DNA of 57,701 nt from Gracilinanus agilis (taxonomy: Eukaryota). Each line of letters starts with the position of its first letter. Positions within the stretch are counted from its first letter, which is position 1. A program made the position numbers and the translations under genes. The stretch spans positions 5,052,134 to 5,109,834 of the forward strand of contig NC_058130.1 in the NCBI RefSeq assembly GCF_016433145.1. The letters are read 5' to 3'. The notes under the pieces were generated by a model, which ran no database searches, was not told the origin of the DNA, and was given only the letters and a program-made list of their open reading frames with translations. Shown here in pieces: positions 1 through 12,160 of this stretch.

Positions 1-764
1 TCCCCTGTATTCGGCTCTAAGCTGAGGAAGGGGCCTGCTTCTGATTTGCTGGGCTTAATAAATCGATACGCTCAGAAGATCAAAGCCTCGTCTCCTCAAG
101 TGTTCCATCTTTTGCGGGTGACACCCTCGCCGAGCCGGTCATCTTTCCCGACTTTTTCTTTTTCAGGTAAATGATCTCCTGGGTTTTCAGAGAGCCAAAG
201 ACAATCTGGGTTGAAGGCAAGAGGAGGTCCGAAATGATCGCGCTTCTCTAGGGGGAGAGAAGGGGAGGCTGGAGTCCGAGGTGCCATCTACGAAGAGAAA
301 AGGGGATCCAAAAGCAGTGCCAAAAGACTGGGGGGCACCTCAGGGAGTAAGCCTGAACCTATGACACATCCAGAGAGAATTCCTGCCCCAAACCCTGCCA
401 GGTGTTCTCTGCCCAGATTCCAAGCCCTACAGGTTCCTTTTGAACATCAAAATAGCCATACCCACCCTCCATTATTCACAAGATAAACGGATGCTGGATT
501 ACTGTCAGGATCAAATAACCTATTGATCTCATGTTTAAGTGGCAGCAAAGAACCCCCGAAGATAATCATTACACTAACAAGGAGAGATTTCCATCCCTTC
601 CTTCCTGGTGGTCTCTAGGGAGGTACCTGGAGGACGGCTTCTTTCTGAGGGCTAGAAGCACCTTTTGGAAGCCTGCGCCCTCCCGCGCTTTAGGACTGGA
701 GGCTTTTGCTGTTGCCAGTTCCTGCAGACATGGATGGGTTGTTTCCTTGGTCTCGTATCTCCCA

Positions 765-875
765 ACTAGAATGTAAGTTCTTGAGGACAGTGACTGCCTC
801 CCTCTTGTATCTGTATTCCCAGTGCCGAGCACATAGTGGTGCTTAATAAATTCCTGTTGATGGAGGGATGGATGG
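765..875 (+). mobile_element. L2 LINE 3' end fragment
   Basis: CTAGAATGTAAGTTCTTGAGGACAG...GTGCTTAATAAATTCCTGTTG followed by a (GGAT)n-like tail; matches the L2 3' terminus as recalled. Confidence 0.6.
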
Positions 876-1577
876 TGCTAGATGTTTTTAGTAGATATTT
901 CTCTGTTCAATAAACCAGCTTGGCTCAGCTGGCACCAATCCAGCATTAATGAGCTCAGGGTAAAAATGCAGGATGCCCCTGGAGGCCAGTTAGTTGTGCT
1001 TCGGTGCCCCGTCTTACAAACGGGAGCCTTTGTTGGAAGTAAGAACGCCTAGAGATAACATGGAGAGAGGATTCAAATCCTTTAACTCAATGGGGAAATA
1101 AGCCTATCAGCAGCTCACAGCACGTGAAAGATGGCCCGGCATTACCCTGGCATCCCTTGCTGAGATGCATTCCATCCCTCCAACCAGCCTTGGTCCTAGG
1201 CTGGTGGCCGCCATTGTGGTTTTTGCCTGCCTCCCCGCAATCCCTCAGGGTGACGGATGGTCCTGGGGGTCCGTGTCGCTCTGGTACAAGGAGCTAATAG
1301 AAATGAATCCCTAATCACTGCCAAAGTCAATGGCCGTAACCAGGGATTGCAATGAAGATCCCAGCTAAGACGTAGTCATTAGTGGCACTGGGGTGGTCAG
1401 CTGTGAACTCAGCTTCGTAGACACGCCGGAGTGCAGCGGAATTCCTTTTCCTTGGAATTCATTTAAGCTGAAGTCAAAATGTCCACCTGGGTCCTAAGCT
1501 GAATGACCAAGAAATATTTGGACACTTCAAGGACTCGTGATTTCTTCTGTATGGACAGCTTCTCCACCCCACCATGA

Positions 1578-1820
1578 CAGGAGGTGCAGTGGCTAGAGCA
1601 CTGGGTCTGGAGTCAGAAGGAACTGAATTAAAATCAAGCCTCAGACACTTACCATGGGCAAATTACCCAACCTCGACCTCAGTTTCTTCACCTGTAAAAT
1701 GGGGGTCATAGTAGCACCTACCTCTTAGGATTGTTGTGAGGATCAAATGAGACAACATTTGTAAACTGCTTCACACAGTACCTGGCTCATAGTAGGTGTC
1801 TAATAAATGCTTGTTCACTT
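1578..1820 (+). mobile_element. MIR CORE-SINE
   Basis: GCAGTGGCTAGAGCACTGGGTCTGGAGTCAGAAG head and CCTCAGTTTCTTCACCTGTAAAATGGGG core. Confidence 0.75.
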
Positions 1821-2029
1821 TTCCTTCCCCTTCCCCATCAAGACTGTATCTCTTCCATGGCTTAGCAGATGACATTCCAGATTTGCAGTGGTCAAAGACT
1901 TCATCAGCTTTAGTCGAGGGAGGAGTCTCTCTGGACTTGGCCAGAATGGTCTGGGGGGCAGATACAGGCAGACCATCAGCCCACTGATTGCTGGCTCTCA
2001 CCAGGGGCTCATTCCACCTCCTGCTCATT

Positions 2030-2230
2030 ATATATATTTTTTTAAACATTTAATTAATTCTTTCAGTTACACGGAGAAATAATTTTTAGCAATTGTTTTC
2101 TGATGTTTTAGGATTCAGATTTTCTCCCTCCCTCTGTTCCCCACCTTGTGAAGGCAGTAAACAGTTTGATATGGGTCATACCAGTACTTCCACACAATAT
2201 AAATATATACATATATATATTTCCATATTG
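2030..2230 (-). mobile_element. L1 3' UTR fragment
   Basis: T-rich tail followed by TTCTCTCCCTCC...GGCAGTAAACAGTTTGATATGGG, typical of a marsupial L1 3' end in antisense. Confidence 0.5.
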
Positions 2231-2899
2231 CTCGTATCCTGTATCTTTTTGAAGAGATCTGGATGATCTTCTTGAACACAGTTGTTGGTAATTAATAGGC
2301 TGCTGGCTCCCCAAGTCCCCCATGGGTGCTCCTTCGATCTTTGGAGCAACATGCAATTTTGATTCTTTGGATCACGGTGCTCTGTAATTCACTTATACGG
2401 TAGGATTGGAAAAAGATTGGTGTTAACCTTTGGCTTTGTTTTAGGGGAAAGCTTGGGGGTCATTAAAGCTGCAGTGCACTTTCTAAGTTAAAGGTTAAAT
2501 TATTAATAAAATTTAAAATGAAATACAGTACTATGAAACATCCAAAAGGTAATTCAGTCTATTCTTCTTTTTAATTTTGGCCCAACTTTTTGTCCATCTA
2601 CTGAATTGGTCCAAGACATTCTTACTGAATGAGGAACCAGCTTCTATGGTGTCCATTTAACTGCAATGATCATCTGGACAGTGGGTGGTCTTCATCTACC
2701 TGGTCTTTCTGTTTTGGATGGTGAGACAGAACTCTTCTGAATCTTTCCAGCTCTTACCCTTTGAATAGCTGTCGAAACAATCTTTCTAAGGTTCTGGTCT
2801 GCCCATAGCACTCCTGCTGTTCCACCTTCCTCAGAAAAACAAAAAAAAAAAAGAAAAAGAAAACCCCAAGAGTTTCCTATTGTTTACTGAATTAAGAAC

Positions 2900-5872
2900 A
2901 TATTCGAGGGCAGGGCCAAGAGGGTGGAATAGAGAAAGTACTAAAGGTAACTCTCCCAACATTCCCCTTCAAACAACTTTCAAATAATGCCTCAAAATGA
3001 ATACTAGATGGCAGACAAAACACTTAGGGTGAGACATTTCTCCAGTCCAAGACAACTTACATCAAAAGGAGAGGTTTAAGGCACTGGGATGGGGTTTGGC
3101 CCAGAGTCTATTGGCAGCAGCATCTTCTGTGGGACTTGGAGGTGGCAATAGCAACACTGGTACCTTCAGGAGCTCTCCAGCCAGAAATGGCAAGGGGGTC
3201 AGCCAACCTGTAGAAAGAGACTACAGCCGACACCTTTGCTATCACTGGGTACAGGACCAGGCGCTATTGGTCAGCTCCCCTGACTATTTAAAAAAAAATC
3301 CTATTCTAGTGTCAGGGAAGATCAAGCACAAACTCAGAAAACAATTATGTCAGAACAACAAGTGAAACCTCAACAAAGGAGCAAAATGGATACAGACCTA
3401 ACTAGAATTCTTAGAAGAGCTAAAAAATGATTTTAAAAATCAGAGAAGAGTAGAGGAAAAATTGGAAAAGAAATCAGAGTAATGCAAGAAAATTATGAAA
3501 AGGTAATTAACAGCTTGGTAAAAGAGGCACAAAAATTACTGATGAAAATAACATATTAAAAAACAGAACTGGCCAAATGGTAAAAGAGGGACAACACTTC
3601 ACTGATGAAAATAACCACTAAAAAAAGCAGAATTGGTAAAATGGAAAAAGAAGTACAAAAGCTCACTGAAAGAAATAATTCTTTAAGAATTAGATTCAGG
3701 CAAACAGAATCTAATGTCTTCAAGAGACATCAAGAAATGATAAAGCAAAGTCAAAAGAATGGGGGGAAATCCCCAGAAAACTGTGAAAGACCTTACTGGA
3801 AAAGCAATTGACCTGGAAAATAAAGGAGAGATCATTTAAGAATTATTGGATTATCTGAACCCCATGATCATAAAAAGGCACGAATATCATCTTTTAAGAA
3901 ATTACAAGAAAAACTGCACTGATATCCTAGAGTGAGATGGTAAAAGAGAAATTTAAAGAATCCACAATTTGCTTTCTGAAAGAACTCCCCAAATGGAAAT
4001 TCCCAGGAATATAACAGCTAAATTCCAGAGCTCTTAGGTCACAGAGAAAATATTTCAAGTAATCAGAAAGAAATTATTTAAATATCACTAAGCTATAGTT
4101 AGTAAAATATAAGATTTAATGGCTACATGTTAAAGGATTATGGGGCTTGAAATATGATATTCCTGAAAGCAAAGGAGTTACTATTACAACCAAGTATAAC
4201 CTATCCAGCAAAATAGGGTATATTCCTTCATGGGACAAAAAGTGGCTATTTAATGAAATAGAAGATTTTCAAACATTTCTGATGAAAACACCAGAGATGA
4301 ATCAAATACTAGACTCAAGAAAGAAAAAAAAAAGGTAAATGTGAAAGAGAAATCATAAAGGACTCAATAAGGATAAATTGCTTATATTTCTATGTGGGAA
4401 GATGATATATGTTACTCCAAGAACTTTATCATTATTAAGAATGGTGTGGCACAGTGGATAGAGTATAGGGCCTGAAGTCAGGAAGACTTCAAGTCTTGAT
4501 TTCAAATCTGGTCTCAGACATTTGCTAGCAGAGTGCCCTTGGGTAAGTCATTTTACCCTGTTTGCCTCAGTTTCCTCATCTGTAAAATGAGTTGAAGAAG
4601 GAAATGTCAAACCACTCCAGTGTCTTTGCCAAGAAAATCCCAAATGGGGTCATGCAAAATCAGTCATGACTGAAATAACTCAACAACATACATTGATAAA
4701 GGAAATAAAAATAAGTCAATTATATTGAGGTGATCTAAAAAATGGATGAACAAGGAAAAGGGATGCACTTGGAGAAGGAGGAAGGGAGAGGAAGAATGAA
4801 GAAAATCATCTCACATGAGGGAAGCATACAAAAAACCCTTTTACAGTGGAAGGAAAAAATGGGGAGGACAACTCTGAAACCCGCTTTCTCTAAATTGGTT
4901 CAAAGAGGGAAGAACGCGCGCACACACACACTTTCATTTGGGTGTAGTAAGCTATCTTACCCAACAGTGAAATAGGAGGGGAAGGGGATAAGAAAAAGAG
5001 GGAGGGGAATGATAAAGGGAGAGCAAACCAAGGGAGGCAGTAGCCAGAAAAACACATTTTTGGGGAGCAATAGGGTAAAAAGAGAGAAGGATAAACAGAA
5101 GAAAAAAGGATAAAACAAAACAGAGAGAAGCCATAACTGTGAATGTTAATGGGATGAACTTACCCACAAAATGGAAGTAGATAAAAGAATGGATTAGAAG
5201 TCAGAATCCATATGTTATTTACATGGTGTGTTACGATTAAACAATTAGGTCCCCAATTCCAAATAAACAGGTGGAAATAGAAAGATACAGACACTGTATA
5301 CACACAAATTAAAATAAAGTGCTAGAGCAGAATCCATTATGATTCAGCTAATGTAAAAAACACAGGGGTAGAGATCATGATCTCAGGCAAAGCAAAAGCA
5401 AAAACAGACCTAATGAAAAGAGATAAGCTTTCTTAATTAAAGGTACATAGAAAATGAATATCAATACTAAATCCATGTGCACCAAATGACATAATGTCCA
5501 AATTCTTAAAGGAAAAGTTAAATGAGTTGCAGGAGGAAAGAGACTGTAAAACTACTAGTGGGGAGCCTCAACTTTCCCCACTCAGAGATAGACAAATATA
5601 ATCATAAAAAATAGAAAGAAATTAAGGAGATGGATAGAATATTAGAAAATTATATACGATAGCTCTGGGGGGGGGAGGGTAGAATAGAAAAGGTATAACT
5701 TTTTTTCCTCAGACGTGCCTGGCACCTTTACAAAAAATGGGTCAGATATTTGGGCATTAAAATCCTCCCAAACAAAGGCGGAAAAGCAGAAACATTACCC
5801 TTTTCAGACCATAATGCAATAAAAATTATTTTCATTAAGGAACTGTAGAAGCATAGGTTAGAAATTCATCAA
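2900..5872 (+). mobile_element. Degenerate L1 LINE: 5' region, ORF1 remnants and start of the ORF2 endonuclease; truncated at about 5872
   Basis: A-rich coiled-coil ORF1 remnants (ORFs 3605-3811 and 4147-4338), ORF2 start-like AACTGTGAATGTTAATGGGATGAAC near 5135, and TTTTCAGACCATAATGCAATAAAA (FSDHNAI motif) near 5800. Confidence 0.8.
4440..4690 (+). mobile_element. MAR1 CORE-SINE nested in L1
   Basis: CORE CCTCAGTTTCCTCATCTGTAAAATG plus RTE-like tail GAAGGAAATGTCAAACCACTCCAGTGTCTTTGCCAAGAAAA. Confidence 0.75.
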
Positions 5873-6560
5873 GTAAGTCGGCGTTTATGGCCTCCTTCGC
5901 GCCAAAGCCCGTGCCAGGCGCTGGCGTGGTCCGGGCTGGCGGCCAGCCTTCTGGTCCTCCCCTCCGGAGAATGGATGGATTCTTATCAGCTCGGCGAGTC
6001 CCGGCTGTTTGCGTGGCGCCCGGAAGCACCCGCGAGGCGTTTCTGGCAGGACCTCAGCTTTCCGCCTGGCCCTGGCTAGCCCCTCGCGTGCCCCAGCGCT
6101 TAATTCTGCATACAAAAGGCGCAGCTCAGAGTGAATCCAGCCGCTTCTGGCGGTTCGTGTTTGGATCCTAATTTTACGTCACTTTCTAGGTCTTGTCGAA
6201 GAAAATTGCTGTTTGCCATAGGAGGTCTCGGTGGAAAATGAAAATAAAGCAAAGTGGGAAAACGAGGCAGAACTGGGTTATCCGCGTAGAGCTGGCCTTG
6301 GAATGGCTTTCCATGCTGGAAACGCCTTGTCTCATTGCTTTCCCATGCGGACACGGAGCACGCGGGCCGGGTGAAGCCTCTGCGAGGAGGAGGAGAAGGA
6401 GGCCGCTTTACAGCTCCAGAGCAAAGCCACCGGTCCCCCAGGGGCTGCCAAACAAAAACATGGCCGCCTCCTTCCGGAAGTGGTTGTTCAAACTCGGCCT
6501 ATTTTCCCAGGCTCCTCTTGGGTTCCTCCAGCGGCCCTCCGCGCCAGATACTGGAGAGCC
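5873..6560. promoter_or_regulatory. Orphan CpG-rich island with promoter/enhancer-like motifs
   Basis: Abrupt CpG-dense segment; GATA CTTATCA 5982-5988, CRE-like TTACGTCA 6174-6181, YY1-like AAACATGGCCGCC about 6456-6468, ETS CCGGAAGT 6474-6481. No gene assigned. Confidence 0.4.
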
Positions 6561-8119
6561 GCCTCTTGGGTCGAACAGCAGAGCCGGGCTGGAGCTTCCT
6601 CTGGATGACTCGCGCTCCATCCTACTTCAATCCCCGTTTAATGATACAGGATCAAAAGCAGGGATAGGACCCGGCACAGGAAGGTTCGAACAGCAAAAAA
6701 GGCTGAACAATTGCCTCCAAGGAGCTTCCGGTCTTCGAGGGGGGCCACAAGATGAGCACAACACAAGGCAGAGCCTGGCTGGGTAACGGGGAGCCAGACA
6801 AACGCGGATACTTGGGGTGAGCCGTGGCAAAGTGAGGAGTCTTGACGGGAGTAAAGAAGCAGGAGCCCAGGCTGGGCAGAAGGAATGGCCCCCAACAACG
6901 GCATGGTAGTCTGAGATGGTCTATGCCAAGCTCAGGGAACAGCTGACAGTCTAGTCTGGCTCAGATGTGGAGCCTGAAGACCCGCTGGGCAGAGGAGGAG
7001 GGGACCGCACATTGGAGGGCCTTAGGTCCCAGGCTCTGGAGTTTTTATTTTATTCTCCATGTACAAGGGAGCCATGGAAGGTCTTTGCCGGGGAGTCCTA
7101 TTGGTGAGATCAGTACATTGGGCAGAGTATGGGAAGAAAGTGTTGAAGAAGAGCAGCCATGGGCATGGCAGAGCGAGTCCCAGGTCTGGTTCCAATCTGG
7201 TCTCAGATGCTGCCTCCCGGCCCAGCCTTGGTCCTTCTGTCTGAGAGCCCTTACTAAGAGGGAAAGGAAGGGTTTAAAGAGGAAGAGGAAGGCTCAGAGG
7301 TCAGCCAGGAGACAGCTGGGCCACAGAGGAGGTAGAGAGTGCGAGCACCTGAGGCCACTGCCAGGACTGGCATCTGGCTGACTCCTAGCCAGGGGAGAGC
7401 ATCGCCAGGAAGAGGGTGGGGAAGGTGTGAAGGGAGTTTGGGACCTGATTAGCTGGCAGTATCAGTGTGATGCCCCACCGGACACTTGGGAGGCGAGTGG
7501 CTGCGAGACCAATGAGCTCAGGTGGAGTCCGTGACATGACTGGGCAGGATTCAGGGCTTTTTTTGCCAGGGACATTAAAGTTACTCTTTTTCTTTGAGAA
7601 AAGATTTGCTCATTCCACTTAACTGGAGACTCCTGGAAGGCGAGAAAGATGTTACACCTGCTTCTCGCCTGGTGTCTGGTGCCCCACACCACCAACCAAC
7701 TGGTGGGGATCCTTGGGAGCTGGCACTCAGGCCACGAGCTTTCTAAAGGGCCTGCAGTGTACCAGGTCAGGGCCAGGGCCTGGGGAGGCCAGTGGGGAGA
7801 TGCCACAAAGTTCTGGGTCTTCTCTTTTGAACCTTTCGGATCAGGTGGCCCTGGGCTTGGATCCTGAGCCAGAGGGGCCCCCAAGACCTGTGCCTTCCCT
7901 CCCTGTTCCAAGGCCAGTGGGTGTGCTTGTCTGTGTCTTGACCCTGGGATGGTCTGTCGGCCTGCAGAGCTCTCAACAGGGCCACATGACAAGCGCAGGT
8001 CAAGGAGCAGTCCAACATGGGGCACAGGGCGCAGAATGAATAACCTGGAGGAAACTTAGGAGCCTCAGAACCCAAAGGACATCCTCTGCATAGGAAAGCC
8101 CAGCCCAGATGCCTGGTGC

Positions 8120-8737
8120 TCCTCTTTGAAGTGTCCGGCTGCCCAAAGAGATCATAGATAAACAGAGTTGTACAAAAATATTCATACCACGCTCTTTGTG
8201 GTGGCAAAAACCTGGAAAACGAGGGGATGCCCTTCTATTGGGGAATGGCTGAACAAAGTGTGGTATATGCTGGTGATGGAATACTATTGTGCTCAAAGGA
8301 ATAAAGAACTGGAGGAATTCCATGTGAACTGGAAAGACCTCCAGGAAGTGATGCAGAGTGAAAGGAGAACCAGGAGAACATTTTACAGAGATGGATACAT
8401 TGTAGCATGATCAAATGTAACTGCTACTAACAATAATGCAATGATCCAGGACAATCCTGAGGGACTTAGGACAAAGTATGCTACCCACATTCAGAGGAAG
8501 AACTGCAGGAAAGGAAACACAGAAGAAAAACAACTGCTTGAACACATGGGTTGATGCGGACATGATTGGGGATGTAGTCTGGAAACTACCACACCAATGC
8601 AGCTATCAATAATATGGAAATAAATCTTGATCGATGACACAGTAAGAAACCAGTGGAAATGCACGTCGGCTATGGGGGGGGGGGGTAAAGGGGAAAGTAA
8701 GAACACATGTAAACATGGCAAATTTTTCTAAAAAATG
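8120..8737 (+). mobile_element. L1 3' end (ORF2 C-terminus and 3' UTR)
   Basis: ORF 8168-8410 (LFVVAKTWKTRGCPSIGEWLNKVWY) is the L1 ORF2 C-terminus; followed by a poly-G tract and A-rich end. Confidence 0.85.
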
Positions 8738-9613
8738 AAGTGACCGGCTGACCATCTCTGCTCTTGGACTCAGCGACCTGCCCTTGGCTTTTCCTCAATG
8801 TGGTGCCCTGGCCGGGGCAGGATGGAGGGGCCATCTCCTTCTTATTCCTGGAAGCGATGGCTCCCACGTGGTCCAGGTGGCGTCCTGGCCATAGGTGGCC
8901 CTTCCTCACACCGGGACCCTTTAAAGAGTCAGTGGCAAGCCTTTAAATGCACCTTTACGCTGGAGCTGTGGTTGGCCCCAGGCTGACGGGTCAGTGGGCA
9001 GAGGAGGCCCATAATGGCGGCCACACCGTAGCCCGCTGTGACCCACCTTCTCCTCCGGATTGAATCAAGCTGTCAAGCTACAAGCAGCCTCCTTGTTTAG
9101 TTCTTACCAGCAGCCTCCAGCATGCCTTGAAGCATTTTCCTAGGAGGATGTGTGAGGCCTTTACCCAAAGCTCTTTCTAGAGTCTCCCCTTGGTCTCCAG
9201 GGAGGACTCCGAGGGTGGGAAAGAGCGCCCAAGGGAGAAGCCCTGGGTGCGAATCCTGCCTCTCCCACTACGTGGGCAGCCCCAGAAAATCCCTGAAAAC
9301 CTGACCTGCTTTCCTCACAGGTAAAATGAGAGAGACAGCCCTGCTGGAGGCACAGAGAAGATTATGGGTACGTGTTGGTTCTACCCACACCGGAATGGCA
9401 GCCTTCCAGGACATTTTTTCCTGAAGGAATGGCCAGGCGCTGTTCCCCCCCCCCCCCCCCCCCCATGTTTCATGGTTTTCTTTTTGCTAGCTTTTGCCTT
9501 CTGCCTTAGACTCTGTTGGGCCCGTCCCGTCTCTGGGCCTGACTCTCCAGCCACCCCCCCCCCACTCATACAGGGTCTGTCTCATGGTATCGCCCCTTGG
9601 GGGAAACTTGGGC

Positions 9614-9619
9614 TTTATT
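9614..9619 (-). terminator. MRPL32: Candidate MRPL32 polyadenylation signal (AATAAA); ATTAAA alternative at 9688-9693
   Basis: TTTATT on the plus strand about 315 nt after the stop codon. Confidence 0.5.
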
Positions 9620-9934
9620 GTCTGTGAGGAATAGAAGCTCCAAATGAAAATTCTGAACAAAATTCAAATTTCCCCACCTTACATTAATTTAATAATCCCC
9701 CAATAAACACCCCCTGCCCCACCCACCCCCAACGTCTGACTCTCTGAATGGGAAGAGCCCGGCCGGAGGCTGCGTCCCCAGTTCTGGGCTCAGACACGGT
9801 CAATCTGGCATCCGAGGCTGATCCTTGAGCTGTTCCTGAGGCCCATCCCGAGGGGTGGAGAAGCCAGGGATGGGCCTGGAACCCCCAAGAAGCCCGAGTC
9901 GGCGTTCCCAGAGTCGTGCTGGATGGAGGCACTG

Positions 9935-10189
9935 TCAGCCCCTGAAGAACCAGGATGGCCGCTTCCTGTCCCGTTCGATGATCCTCTTGCCTCGATCCTC
10001 CTCCTCAGGACTCTCCCCGCGGTACAGGACCACCGTCTCCACGGCGGGGGCCCTCAGAGGGCCCCCCTCCTGCACCCCTATCTGCCTCCTGATCTGCACG
10101 GTCTCGGCACGGACCTTGCTGTAGCAGTAGCCACACAGGACGTGCTTGAGCTTCAGATGGCCACATTCTGGGCACACGTCAATGTTGTT
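9935..10189 (-). CDS. MRPL32: 39S mitochondrial ribosomal protein L32 (bL32m), coding exon 3 of 3
   Basis: Acceptor TTCGCTTTTAG; encodes [22 protein letters not shown]...[10 protein letters not shown] with the two CxxC motifs; phase 0. Confidence 0.96.
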   Translation of the reverse strand, partial: NNIDVCPECGHLKLKHVLCGYCYSKVRAETVQIRRQIGVQEGGPLRAPAVETVVLYRGESPEEEDRGKRIIERDRKRPSWFFRG

Positions 10190-10838
10190 CTAAAAGCGAA
10201 ACAAAGCAGACGGCCGTGAGATGCCGCATTTCTGGGACCCAGTGTGTGTGTGTGTGTGTCTACAGAGGACGGACAGTGTAGACGGGCAAAGCCAGGAATC
10301 AGGGGCTCCCGGTGCTCCCGCTGATGCGCTTCCTCCCATGGAGGGAGCTTCGCATTCATTTCCACGTCCTGTTTTGTGGGGGCGCTACATGCCGTGCTGG
10401 GTATGAGGGAAGGAAAAGCCCAGGCTCTGGCCCGGGGGAACTCCCAGGGAATGGGGAAGACACTCTTCTGGCCACCCCGGGCAGGCCTGCACAGTGTAAT
10501 GGGTGACAATGTGATGATAATATGATGCTGGTGGTAAAAGTGAGTCACCAGCCTGTAGCTAAAACTAGCAGGAGATTTGGGGCTATTGGTGATGAGCAGC
10601 CTCGGCTGTGGGGCTCAGTGAATCTCCGCTGTTAGCTGCAGGCTCCTTTAAGCTCCTTTAAGGTGTTGATGGGCGGCCCCTCCCTGCTGAAGTAACTGCC
10701 TTCCTATTGGGTGAGAGAAGAACCCAGCAGGAAGTGGGGCTCGAACTTCCTGGTTACAACGGAGACTTAGCTTCCACTTCTCAGTAAACGCAAGTTCTTA
10801 ATATTCTCTTCCCTCCTCAGTCCCTTTAGCCTTAGTGA

Positions 10839-11385
10839 TGTTGAAGGAAATACAGAAACTCTCTGATTCAGGCTAAGGGATTTATTTTAAACTGGGAAGG
10901 GAAAACTGAGGCAAGAGGATTCAAGGTCTTGAGAAGCTGTTGCTAGGGGCAACTGGCAAGTGTTGGCAATGGACCTAGAAGGTCAGGTCAGGCTGAGGGA
11001 ACCAGCCCTCTGCCAGAGATAATCTGACACTGCCCTGATGTTATTTGATCCACCAGCTAAACAGATGTAGTTGTTAAGTAGGTTTAGGGGTGTCCCTAAC
11101 CACTAGGATACTCTATGCTAAGTCCTGCCCACGTTCTACAACCCAACCTCCTTTCACCTCCCTTCAACCTCCCGGGGTACCCAAGGGGAAGTCAGGGGTA
11201 GCTGGGTGTCTGGGTGAGGTCAAGGAAATCAGAACCCTCAGGTTGGGTTTGCAGGGCCTTAAATAGTCACAGACCAATTGTCAGCTGGTACGTGGGTGGC
11301 ACCTGCCAGGCCAGAGTTCCATTCTGCTAACTGACAGGATTGCCCAGGGTAATATTGCAAATGCAAGAAATCTTGCATTATAACA
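10839..11385 (-). mobile_element. Putative solo ERV LTR in MRPL32 intron 2
   Basis: On the minus strand: TG...CA ends, TATTTAA near 11260-11266, AATAAA at 10881-10886 about 42 nt before the CA end. No clear TSD found. Confidence 0.4.
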
Positions 11386-11978
11386 GGAAGGCCTGGAGGC
11401 AGCCTTTAGCAGAGGCTGGCTCAGAGGGAGCCTCAGCCACCACCAGACCAAGCGCTGGGACTCAGGAGATGGAAGGTCCCAGCAGTCCTGGATGGCGGAG
11501 CAGGAACCAACCTTAGGAGGGGGACAGCAAGGAGGCCCAGGGAGGGGCTGGGGAGCAGCTCTGGGGGAAATGCCCCAGGAACGTCCAAGGACAGTGGCTG
11601 AGAATGGCAGGGGAGTGGCTGGAGGGGTGATGGGCCTGCTGGCTCGCACCCCATCCTGTGGATAACAGATCAAGCGTGGCTCTCCTCCATTGGAGAAGAG
11701 AGTGCTAGGACAAATGGACAGAAGTCAGGGGGTCGACCTCCTGACCCCCTGCGCTGCCCCTAAGGGGGAGGGGCGGCCTTCGGGGGGCGCAAGGCTGGAG
11801 GAGCCCCGGCCAACAGGAGGGGTCTGGCTAGCCGGCCTCCCTCTGGGCCCGAGCCTCTGGCATTTGTAGCTCTCTGCTCACCACTGAGGGCTTCCCTGGC
11901 AAATGAGGACGAGACCCCGAGACACATCCTGCCAAAGCACTGGCCCGCCTGAGAAATCCCTTCCAGCTTCTTCCTTAC

Positions 11979-12160
11979 CTTTGTTTTCAGCTGCTTCTGG
12001 AGGCATCGCCTCCGACACCGATTCACTTCGATGGTGCGCCGGTTCTTGGGGGCTGCCATCCAGAACACACCATCCAGAAAGGCAGGAGGCTCCCCGCCAT
12101 GGCTGGGGTCTGCCAGGGCCCCAGAGAGCATGGCCGGACCCTGCACAGCCAGCGCCGGGC
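11979..12160 (-). CDS. MRPL32: MRPL32 coding exon 2 of 3
   Basis: Acceptor GCTTTGATAG, donor AAG|GTAAGG; encodes [11 protein letters not shown]...[21 protein letters not shown]; phase 1 to 0 (182 nt). Confidence 0.96.

Noticed and set aside
1165-1460. Protein-looking short frames on both strands (MHSIPP...; LRRVYEAEFTADHPSATNDYVLAGIFIAIPG)
   Set aside because: Bounded by stops, weak splice sites, no identifiable homolog; cannot be distinguished from chance.
3490-3700. Roughly 63-nt tandem repeats in the L1 region
   Set aside because: Heptad repeats of the L1 ORF1 coiled coil, a known repeat feature.
6193-6786. 197-aa ORF in the orphan CpG island
   Set aside because: No recognisable domain, non-ATG start, and length is expected at this GC content. 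A short RRKLLFAIGG Kelch-like string in another frame is followed by a stop.
9445-9464. C20 homopolymer downstream of MRPL32
   Set aside because: Simple homopolymer; could act as a termination pause, but there is no further support.
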